A DNA stretch of 33,435 nucleotides, from contig NC_068988.1 in NCBI RefSeq assembly GCF_001194135.2, positions 14,008,786 through 14,042,220 on the forward strand, in the 5' to 3' direction. The position numbers were made by a program, and so were the translations under genes. Origin of the DNA: Octopus bimaculoides. Its lineage: Eukaryota. The number at the start of each line of letters is the position of its first letter. Position 1 is the first letter of the stretch. Below the pieces are notes generated by a model that was given only the letters and a program-made list of their open reading frames with translations, did not search any database and had not been told where the DNA came from. Shown here piece after piece: positions 23,901 to 33,435 of the stretch.

Positions 23901-24819
23901 GTGTGTGAATGTGGGTAAGATATGTTAGTACATCGTGCGTGTACATGCAGTCATTTATCTGTGTGTAAAGTGTGCGTTACTGTGTGTCTATGTGAGTATG
24001 AATGGAAAGCGGCCTGTCTGTGTATGCAGTGCATTCGTCTGTTTATATAGTTGTGTGCTAAGTGCGCAGGCAAATATGATGATTTTATGTTTGGTTTGTG
24101 ATGTGTGTAATACAATGTGAGCGTTTTGTGTCTTCATAGCTATTATAACTAGAACAAGGTAGAGTGTTAGCATATTTATCAATAAATTTTTATATGTATG
24201 TCTGTAGAGAAAGGTAAGCTGCTTATTTAACCCAAGGGGCTGGGTTGTTACGAGACGAAAAAAATTATAGATATTTGTATGTGTCTAGATGTGTATTTGT
24301 CTTGTGTGCGAGTGTGTAAAAGTTACTGATTTGCTTAAAATCGAAACACAATTTGAACAAAACTATAATCATTATATACTCTGACTTGCAATGAGGTATG
24401 TCTCTCTCATTGTCTTTCTCTCTCTCTCTCTTTGTTCATATAATCCAATATTGGATAATACACAGAGCGTATATTCGCACATAATATATATATATATATA
24501 TATATANNNNNNNNNNNNNNNNNNNNNNNNNNNNNNNNNNNNNNNNNNNNNNNNNNNNNNNNNNNNNNNNNNNNNNNNNNNNNNNNNNNNNNNNNNNNNN
24601 NNNNNNNNNNNNNNNNNNNNNNNNNNNNNNNNNNNNNNNNNNNNNNNNNNNNNNNNNNNNNNNNNNNTATATATAATTATTCCATTGATTTGTTTTGTGT
24701 ACACTAAAATATTTCCTGAATAAAGGACCCAGATCTGATTATAGGCAAGTTGCGACGACGAAGCATTGAAACAAGCACTCACTATTATTAATAATAAATA
24801 CCACACGCACGCATGCGCG

Positions 24820-24877
<58 letters not shown>

Positions 24878-25730
24878 GAGGCGCGTCTACATGCGCACGT
24901 ACACGAACACGACAGTCTCAAGACATTCAACCTTTAATGTGAAATCCTGACAGTTGATGACAGCCAGTCAAAAGTACTTTATGCTTTATAATGTATTTTT
25001 TCCTCCAATATTTTTGTTTTGTATATCATTTCTTTGCCATGTTCTGACTATATTTATTCGCTTATTTGTTTGTTTTTCCTTCCGCCATTTATGTTTATTT
25101 ACTTTTTGTTTACTTTCTGTTATACATTTGATCACATTTGTATCAATTCCTACTCCCACATTTCTTTAATCTTCTTTGTTTGGCATTGCGATAAACAATC
25201 GCATAACAAAATAATTTCTTTATTGAATCGACATATGGTGTCATGCCGATAGAGGAATAATATATCATAGATTTATTTAATTTTTTTGGTGGTGTTTTAA
25301 ACAGAGAAATACATTCGGATCTATGATCAATGGAATGATTCCATAGACAATTCCTTGCTTCCCATATAGCATTTCTTTTAGCATGTTTCCTTTTCTTTAT
25401 TTCTGTTTATTTATTGATGTAGTTATTTATTTTCTTTTAATATACTTTTATTTGTACCTCTTTCTTCTACATTTCACGACGTTTACGTTCAAGAAAGAAA
25501 CAGAGAGAGAAAGAAAACATGAAAGAAAGAAAGAACATCCAATACATGAAAGAAAACGGAGAGATTTACGAACGACAAAATGGAGAGAAATAAGGAAATA
25601 AAGAAAAAAGTTAAAAGGTGAAGCTACTTGTGGTATTATATTATTATTCGGGTTTTTAAATGTTATTAAGAAATGTAGCTATTTAAGACAATAACAAAAA
25701 CATAAATACACCATAATAAATTTAAAAAAA

Positions 25731-26039
25731 CTGGCATTCCGTCGGTTACGACGACTAGTATTTCAGTTGATCCTATCGGCGGAACAGCGTGCTCGTGAAA
25801 CTAACGTACAAGTGGCTGAGCACTCCACAGATATGCGTGACACAGGAAGATATGGCGTGACACGAAACGTGACAAGGCTGGCTTGAAATACACGTCCTAT
25901 TCAGTTTTGCCAACTGAGTGGACTGAAACAACGTGAAATAAAATGTCTTGCTTAAGGAAACAAGGTACAGCCAAGAACTGAACTCTCGACCCCACGATCG
26001 TGAGTCAACTCCCTTAACCACTAAGCCACGCGCCTTCAC
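25731..26039 (-). mobile_element. Full-length tRNA-derived SINE (family E; tail shared with family C)
   Basis: Head GTGAAGGCGCGTGGCTTAGTGGTTAAGGG..., CORE-like CCTTAAGCAAGACAT, tail GTGCTCAGCCACTTGTACGTTAGTTTCACGAGCAC...GTCGTCGTAACCGACGGAATGCCAG. Confidence 0.85.
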
Positions 26040-26050
26040 ACAGCAACAAT

Positions 26051-26375
26051 AATAAGAGCACTCAGAGAGTGCAAACCTCTGCCAAGGCAACACCGACGTC
26101 CTCTCAATGATTAGCTGGAGATGATTTTTAAAATGAGAATGTCTGAAATAAACTCGATGACTCTCACAAACGAAAATACTAAAAATGAACCCGACCGCTC
26201 TCAAAAATGAACCCGACCGCTCTCAAACATTAAGTAAAAAGACCGGAAAAATAATCCAGAATCTTTGTCCGGTACCAGATCGATCCCCAAATCTAATCAG
26301 TTTGTGCCAGTCACGAGGACAAACACTCCTGAAAGTTTCAACCGAATCGATCTGACGATTCTTGAGATATCTTGT
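26051..26375 (+). mobile_element. Probable non-autonomous Helentron-type (HINE/DINE-1-like) element, 5' part
   Basis: Starts AATAAGAGCACTCAGAGAGTGCAAACCTCTGCCAAGGC; body ...AAATCTAATCAGTTTGTG...GAAAGTTTCAACCGAATC...TTCTTGAGATATCTTG resembles molluscan HINE-type repeats as I recall them. The diagnostic 3' hairpin would fall in the gap. Confidence 0.4.
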
Positions 26376-27277
26376 NNNNNNNNNNNNNNNNNNNNNNNNN
26401 NNNNNNNNNNNNNNNNNNNNNNNNNNNNNNNNNNNNNNNNNNNNNNNNNNNNNNNNNNNNNNNNNNNNNNNNNNNNNNNNNNNNNNNNNNNNNNNNNNNN
26501 NNNNNNNNNNNNNNNNNNNNNNNNNNNNNNNNNNNNNNNNNNNNNNNNNNNNNNNNNNNNNNNNNNNNNNNNNNNNNNNNNNNNNNNNNNNNNNNNNNNN
26601 NNNNNNNNNNNNNNNNNNNNNNNNNNNNNNNNNNNNNNNNNNNNNNNNNNNNNNNNNNNNNNNNNNNNNNNNNNNNNNNNNNNNNNNNNNNNNNNNNNNN
26701 NNNNNNNNNNNNNNNNNNNNNNNNNNNNNNNNNNNNNNNNNNNNNNNNNNNNNNNNNNNNNNNNNNNNNNNNNNNNNNNNNNNNNNNNNNNNNNNNNNNN
26801 NNNNNNNNNNNNNNNNNNNNNNNNNNNNNNNNNNNNNNNNNNNNNNNNNNNNNNNNNNNNNNNNNNNNNNNNNNNNNNNNNNNNNNNNNNNNNNNNNNNN
26901 NNNNNNNNNNNNNNNNNNNNNNNNNNNNNNNNNNNNNNNNNNNNNNNNNNNNNNNNNNNNNNNNNNNNNNNNNNNNNNNNNNNNNNNNNNNNNNNNNNNN
27001 NNNNNNNNNNNNNNNNNNNNNNNNNNNNNNNNNNNNNNNNNNNNNNNNNNNNNNNNNNNNNNNNNNNNNNNNNNNNNNNNNNNNNNNNNNNNNNNNNNNN
27101 NNNNNNNNNNNNNNNNNNNNNNNNNNNNNNNNNNNNNNNNNNNNNNNNNNNNNNNNNNNNNNNNNNNNNNNNNNNNNNNNNNNNNNNNNNNNNNNNNNNN
27201 NNNNNNNNNNNNNNNNNNNNNNNNNNNNNNNNNNNNNNNNNNNNNNNNNNNNNNNNNNNNNNNNNNNNNNNNNNNNN

Positions 27278-27324
27278 GGATTTGGTAGACGGAAACTGAA
27301 AGAAGCCCGTCGTATGTATGTATG

Positions 27325-27387
<63 letters not shown>

Positions 27388-27612
27388 TTGTGTGTCTGTG
27401 TTTGTTCCCCCACCATCGCTTGACAACCGATGCTGGTGTGTTTACGTCCCTGTAGCTTAGTAGTTCGGCCGGCAAAAAGAGACCGATAGAATAAGTACTA
27501 GGCTTACAAAGAATAAGTCCTGGGGTCGATTTGCTCGACTAAAGGTGGTTCTCCAGCATGGCCGCAGTCAAATGACGGAAACAAGTAAAAGAATAAAAGA
27601 GTAAAAGAGTAA
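27278..27612 (+). mobile_element. SINE family A with internal (TA)n(GT)n microsatellite; 5' end in gap
   Basis: GGATTTGGTAGACGGAAACTGAAAGAAGCCCGTCG-microsatellite-...GAGACCGATAGAATAAGTACTAGGC...GAAACAAGT(AAAAGA)n. Confidence 0.9.
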
Positions 27613-27698
27613 TAGCCAGTTTTCATACTTTCTAGGGGTAAGCAAATAAGAAATAATAATTGCTACCCGAGGACAAAAATCTTGTTACACAGTGTTAT
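27613..27698 (+). repeat. 86-bp dispersed repeat, copy 2
   Basis: See 20416-20501. Confidence 0.9.
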
Positions 27699-28430
27699 TA
27701 GTTAGTCTGTTGGACCAGCACTGATCTAAGACTAAACAACAACAACAACAGCAGAAACAAATGACCAACTTTCACAATAACCTAGTTTATCCCAATGGCC
27801 CTATCAACGCTTTCATTAGACACCAAAACAACATCTATTGTTTAAATAGCAAAAATTATGACATGTGATTTAATATCGTGACCCAGTTACGAATTTCGTT
27901 CGAAGCTACGTTATTTGTCTTTCAGAAAAATACAAACTTCCTGTATCTTCTTTGATGCATAGATGGAGTTTCTTTTAGCTGAGACAAAAGAAATTAATAT
28001 TTAGCGAGAGGGTTAGGGACAGGAGAGCGAAGGAACAAATATCTTTTGTATTTAGTTTCCTCAAAGATTACTTGAGTATTTGTTTATAAATGTATATTAC
28101 ACACACACACACATGCGCGCGCACATACATACGATGTATGTATATATAAATCACATATATGTATTAATATACATAAATTTAAATACATATATGTGCATAT
28201 ATATGTACACACACGCACACACACATATGTGCATTGCAGAACATTCTCAAGATGTATATTAAAACATAAATTCAGACGTATATACATAGATGCACCTTCA
28301 TACAAAAATGAATATATATATGTTTGTGTGTGTGTGTGTGTGTGTGTATATATAAACTTTTATTGTACATTTCTGTGTGAAGGAAATCCCCCTTCCTAAT
28401 TGGTTTCATTGATTTTACATCGCTGTAGAA

Positions 28431-28671
28431 TATTTATTTCTTCATTGCCCACAGGGGGCTAAACATGGGAGGTGGGGACAAACAAGGACTGACAAAAGGA
28501 TTAAGTCGATTACATCGATCCCAGTGAGTATCTGGTACTTATTTAATCGACCACGAAAAGATGTAAGGCAAAGTCGACTTCGGCGGAATTCGAACTCAGA
28601 ACGTAACGGCAGAAGAAATACCGCTAAAGATTTCGCCCAACCTGCTAACGATTCTGCCAGCTCGCCGCCCT
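28431..28671 (-). mobile_element. Full-length SINE family B head with alternative 3' tail
   Basis: AGGGCGGCGAGCTGGCAGAATCG...GAGTTCGAATTCC (B box); tail TTAATCCTTTTGTCAGTCCTTGTTTGTCCCC...GCCCCCTGTGGGC differs from the 9235 and 16178 copies. Confidence 0.85.
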
Positions 28672-29179
28672 TTTGCTCTAGAATATTATCTATGAAGTGT
28701 TGCCGAGTAAAGTTTTACATATCAAAAGACTATCCCGTTCTGAATATTGTGATTCGATCTAATCCTTAGAAAATCAGTATTTAAATACACCCTTTAATAC
28801 ATGTCTTGCGTTTAAATCGCACGGAAGTCAGCATTGCCTTTCATCCGCAGTACTTGAGAGGTGTTTATATTTATCGTTCGTGAAAGGATCAATAAAATAA
28901 AGTATATTTATCCTCGTGTATCACTAATCCCGGCAACGCAGTACGCTCAATTGTGAACCATGTCACGCTTATCACGAATTGGCCGGTGATCAGACAACGA
29001 TTCTTCTTGGACAGCAAAAGTGCACTGCAGTAACTCTAATTTGGAGATCCGGAACGAAGAACCTTTTTTTTCACCCCCTATTTTCTATTATTCATTTGTC
29101 ATTAATTTATTTACTCCTTTACCTGTCCCCTGCATCAAATGCGATGCACAAAGAATATCTCAGTTGTCCATGCATTTTA

Positions 29180-29535
29180 TACGCGAGCTGTGTTGAAAAA
29201 GTATCCGATTTTATTTTTCCCGGCAAACCTAAGGCTGTGTGAGCAAAATCCCTTGGGTGGGAGGTGAAGCCGCACATCCTGCGCACGTATGAAAATTTTC
29301 GTGTCGTTAGGCTGCGTCAGCTGCCAGATGTTACGGCTAGAGTACAGACGTGTAGTGCGCACTCGTCTGGTTTTCGTTTTCACGCAAGATGACCTAGAAC
29401 GAATCGAGCAGAGGCCATAAACTCATGCCACATCACAAGTGATAATAGCCTTCATGAAATCTGGGTCATGGTTTGCACAATCCAACATGTCCTGAGCAGT
29501 TTCCATGCAGAGTTGCTCCGCCTGTAAGGAGCACT
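29180..29535. mobile_element. Rearranged mariner relic: 5' end on +, transposase fragment on -
   Basis: TA then TIR-like TACGCGAGCTGTGTTGAAAAAGTATCCGA; ATG 29389 gives MT/ERIEQR; minus 29535-29414 gives AEQLCMETAQDMLDCANHDPDFMKAIITCDVA*V/YG, matching the mariner ...DPDFxKxIITGDETWVYG first-Asp region. Confidence 0.8.
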
Positions 29536-29537
29536 CC

Positions 29538-29575
<38 letters not shown>

Positions 29576-30154
29576 ACAGGAGTGGCAACAAAAGAAAGAA
29601 AGAGAGCTCGATATTATGCAAATAGAGGAATTTATCTGTAAAAATATGTGACACTTATTCAGTAGCCATGATAAAACTCCGAGTTTCGGATGCCAGGGTG
29701 GGAGGTCCANNNNNNNNNNNNNNNNNNNNNNNNNNNNNNNNNNNNNNNNNNNNNNNNNNNNNNNNNNNNNNNNNNNNNNNNNNNNNNNNNNNNNNNNNNN
29801 NNNNNNNNNNNNNNNNNNNNNNNNNNNNNNNNNNNNNNNNNNNNNNNNNNNNNNNNNNNNNNNNNNNNNNNNNNNNNNNNNNNNNNNNNNNNNNNNNNNN
29901 NNNNNNNNNNNNNNNNNNNNNNNNNNNNNNNNNNNNNNNNNNNNNNNNNNNNNNNNNNNNNNNNNNNNNNNNNNNNNNNNNNNNNNNNNNNNNNNNNNNN
30001 NNNNNNNNNNNNNNNNNNNNNNNNNNNNNNNNNNNNNNNNNNNNNNNNNNNNNNNNNNNNNNNNNNNNNNNNNNNNNNNNNNTATATACATATATATATA
30101 TATATATATACACATATTTATAATATATACATATACACACACACATACATGTAC

Positions 30155-30199
<45 letters not shown>

Positions 30200-30559
30200 A
30201 AACAAGCCTGTGTGTATAACGACGTTATGTTAAAAGAGAAAATTATTATGATACACTATTGTCTTATCCGTGCTATGCGATGTGGGATGTTTGACCGCAA
30301 TCCGTGTTCCTGCAGACAAAACTGGGAATATATACAAGTAACACGTATGAGATAAAACTAAAAGAAGCACTGTGGTGCACAAATGGATGTGTAAATAGTG
30401 AAGGAGTTTGATTTTGATGAGTAAACTGTTGATTAAATTAACCTTTAAATGTATTTTTGATGTTATTTCACGATGAATATTTCATTGCATGTTGTAAATC
30501 TCCGAAGACGTTAAGTGAATGAAGGAGCACGCGTGTACCTGTCTGTATGTTTCTCTAAG

Positions 30560-31035
30560 GGTGTTTGTATACATATGTGTTTACGTGTATTTGTGTGTGT
30601 GTCTGTGTATATACACATCTATATGTATCTATATATGTGTGTGTGAGTGTGTATGTATTTGAGTATTTGTGTGTATATATATATGTCTATATATGCATAT
30701 ATATTTATATTCATATATATGTACGTATATATTTATATGCACGTGTGTGTATATGCATCTATGTGTAATGGGTATTTGTGTGTGTGTGTGTATTTGAGTA
30801 TTTGTGTGTGTGTATATATGTCTATATATGCATATATATTTATATTTAAATATATATGTACGTATATATTTAAATGCACGTGTGTGTATATGCATCTATG
30901 TGTATATGGGTATTTGTGTGAGTATGTGTGTATGAATGTAGATATGTATATACATCTGAGTGTGCATACTTCTGGGAATGTTTGAATGTGTGTGTGTGTG
31001 TGTGTGCATGCATGTGTATGTGTGTGCGTGTGCAC
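30560..31035. repeat. Cryptic (TA/GT) microsatellite containing a 135-bp tandem duplication
   Basis: Units start GTATTTGAGTATTTGTG at 30655 and 30790. Confidence 0.85.
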
Positions 31036-31204
31036 GTGTGGCCACTAATGGAAATTAAAAGACAAAAAAAAATTATAATAGAGAAATGAAATTCCTTTTA
31101 AATGCGATGTGGTATGGAAGCCTCTTAGCAAGGATTAATGAAGTGTTGGGCGTGTATGGAACGGAATGCTGTCTACTGAATTAATATACGGATATGGTGA
31201 AAGA

Positions 31205-31206
31205 AG

Positions 31207-31273
<67 letters not shown>

Positions 31274-31642
31274 GAGATGGAGACAAGGAGGGAGGGAGAC
31301 AAAGAAGGAGAGAGAAGTGGAGGGAAAGAAATAAAGACGTGTGGATTTCTGAGAAAGAGTAGCAGATAAGCAAGAGAGGAGAGATCGAGGTGTAGATAGT
31401 ATGAGAAATAGAAGGAAAGGGGGGGGGGGAGAAAGAGAGAGAGAGAATGAAAGAAAAGGGAAAGAGAAAGGCTGAGATAGATAGATAGATAGATAGATAG
31501 ATAAAAAGATGGATAGATACAGAGAGATAGAGAAAGGAAGAGAAATAGAGATAAAGAGATGGACATATAAGAGAAAGAGTAACAGATAAATAAGAGAGAA
31601 GAGATCGAGATATAGGCAATGAAAGGAATGAAGAGAGAGAGC

Positions 31643-31713
<71 letters not shown>

Positions 31714-31760
31714 GAGAAATAGAGAGAAAGGAGGAGTGAGAGAAAGAGTAAGAGAGATAG
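31205..31760. repeat. (GA)n/(GATA)n purine-rich tract
   Basis: Read directly. Confidence 0.9.
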
Positions 31761-32109
31761 GAGGGCGTGGCTTACGCAGTCTTTGGCAATTTTCGACCCC
31801 AAAGATATTGAATAAAACTACTTTAAAAAGACAGGCGCCTTCAAGGCATCAATGTATGAATATCACATATTCTCATTCCCCGCCCCCAATAAATCTTGAG
31901 TATTTGCACCAAATTCGTTCTTTAGTACGAAGGATGTTAAAAGTTGAATAAAGACTCTGGATTAGCGAATCCCACGATTTAGTTTCGATTCCCGATTAAG
32001 TTGATCTATTTCTATATTTTTGTTCAACTCCCAAGTTTACTTAGATAGTGCGACCTATATGACAAAGACGTTCCAGCCGCAGCCTCCCTGCCGTTTCTCT
32101 TCAGACATT

Positions 32110-32240
32110 ACTGTATTTTTGTCTGTACTTGTTTCAGTCATTGGACTACGACCATGCTGGGGTACGGCATCGATGGGATTTTAGTCGAACGAATTGACAC
32201 CAGCACTCATTTTTAAGTCTGTTATTACTTATTCTCTCAA
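32110..32240 (-). mobile_element. SINE family A-type 3' tail fragment
   Basis: Reverse: GTCAATTCGTTCGACTAAA...CCCCAGCATGGTCGTAGTCCAATGACTGAAACAAGTAC. Confidence 0.7.
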
Positions 32241-32279
32241 TTTATTTTTTTGGCAAACTTCGTAGTAAAAAAATATACA

Positions 32280-33071
32280 TATGAAGGGATACTAAAAAAA
32301 AAGCGGGAATTTTGAAATATTGTTTTATTCATTTAGTTTTACTTGTTTATATTTTTATCGCCTTTAAAGCGTTCTCCAGTTGAAACTATGCATTGGTCCA
32401 GGTGCGTTTTTCACTATCCGAAGCAGTCCTGGAACTCTTGCGAAGTGATGCTTTTTAACGCCTCCGTCGTTTTTTTCTTCACTTCTTCCACATCTACAAA
32501 TTCTGTAGCACCAGTTTTCGTCACCAGCGATGACCTTCATAAAAAGGTCCGGATCAAAATTCGTTAGCAGCAGCTCCAGGACACACCAGTAATGTCAATA
32601 ATTCGTCAAACGTTCGGTGACGATTCTCCAAAGATAAGTTCATGAATTTTTGTGATGTTTTCATTCGTTCGGGAGGTCGACGGCCGTTCTGAACGAAGTT
32701 GGTCCTCAAGCGACAAGTGAACATTCCTAAAGCGACGAAACTACTCGTAAACTTGTGTTTTGCTCATGGCAACATCCTTGAAAGCTGGTTGAAGCATGAC
32801 AACTGTTTCAGCCGCCATTTTCCCCAGCAGAAAACAGACTTTTACGGAGCACGTTGTTCCTTCGGTTCAGCCATCGCAAAAATCGAGAAACAGGAGAGAA
32901 GCACGGCAAAACAAAGACGCACCACGTGACAGTACGACTCCACCGGAGGACGCCGGTCGGCAGACTGATGTCTGAGGGTCGCATCAAATGGCTTATAGCG
33001 GCAGAAACCTGAACTAGAAAGGGTCTGTATCACAGAGAACGCTTCCGGTTACTTTTGGGGAACCCTTCTTA
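32280..33071 (-). mobile_element. Internally deleted mariner transposon with degenerate TIRs; transposase pseudogene 32874-32339
   Basis: Stitched: MAEPKEQRA/VKVCFLLGKMAAETVVMLQPAFKDVAMSKTQVYE*FRRFRNVHLSLEDQLRSERPSTSRT.../DPDLFMKVIAGDENWCY/EFVDVEEVKKKTTEALKSITSQEFQDCFG**KTHLDQCIVSTGERFKGD. Ends TGAAGGGATACTAAAAA..GCGGGAA and (rev) AGAAGGGTTCCCCAAAAGTAACCGGAA, with TA flanks. Confidence 0.9.
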
Positions 33072-33089
33072 TATATCTTTATCTTTTTC

Positions 33090-33165
33090 TTTTTTTAATC
33101 ATTAGTCTGCGGTCATGCTGGTGCACCGTCCCGAAGGGTTTTTAGACGAACAGACATCAGTATTG
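33090..33165 (-). mobile_element. SINE family A-type tail fragment
   Basis: + strand TCATTAGTCTGCGGTCATGCTGGTGCACCG is the reverse of the family A tail. Confidence 0.55.
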
Positions 33166-33217
33166 ATTTTAAAGTTTGCCTTTTCTCTCGCCTGGTGTTT
33201 CGCTTTTATTTCCTTTA

Positions 33218-33253
33218 TTCTCTGAGAAAGCATCAGTACTCGAAACGTCAAAC
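33218..33253 (+). ncRNA. Highly degraded hammerhead-like motif
   Basis: UCU-CUGAGAA-AGCAUCAGUACUC-GAAACGUC: ACGU palindrome and GUC site present, but G8 lost and stems I and II are weak. Confidence 0.3.
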
Positions 33254-33391
33254 AGTTCATTCCGATTTCACTCGTTAAATACCGTAACATTGAAATCTGG
33301 TCTTCTTTCATGTTTCTACTATGTTGTTTATAACTGTCCCAGAATCTACATAATACACTCTGTTACACAAACGTACACACACATATATGCA

Positions 33392-33435
<44 letters not shown>

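Noticed and set aside
757-30355. Long ORFs containing X runs (up to 397 aa)
   Set aside because: They are open only because N gaps and dinucleotide repeats lack stop codons.
32093-32104. Minus-strand CUGAAGA-GAAAC
   Set aside because: Hammerhead core words with no stem II between them and no stem III or I; chance match.

Overview
AT-rich animal genomic DNA saturated with microsatellites. Eleven N-gaps, most of them flanked by simple repeats, generate nearly all the long ORFs in the track. The repeat content (several tRNA-derived SINE families with CORE-like boxes, mariner relics, TTAA-type MITE, microsatellite density) looks like an octopus/cephalopod draft assembly; this is inference, not verified. 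No intact protein-coding gene can be supported. Solid content: about 15 SINE copies or fragments (one nested pair, one head-to-tail triplet), two decayed mariner transposons (one internally inverted) and a frameshifted Penelope-like GIY-YIG endonuclease. The most interesting signal is two, possibly three, isolated minimal type-I hammerhead ribozyme motifs with palindromic stem III, of the kind associated with Penelope-like elements; each has a core substitution. Weak, unconfirmed hints of a host gene are a CpG-retaining block at about 1.45-2.6 kb and a cluster of splice signals at about 20.1-21.0 kb. Coordinates were read by eye and repeat ends may be off by a few bases.
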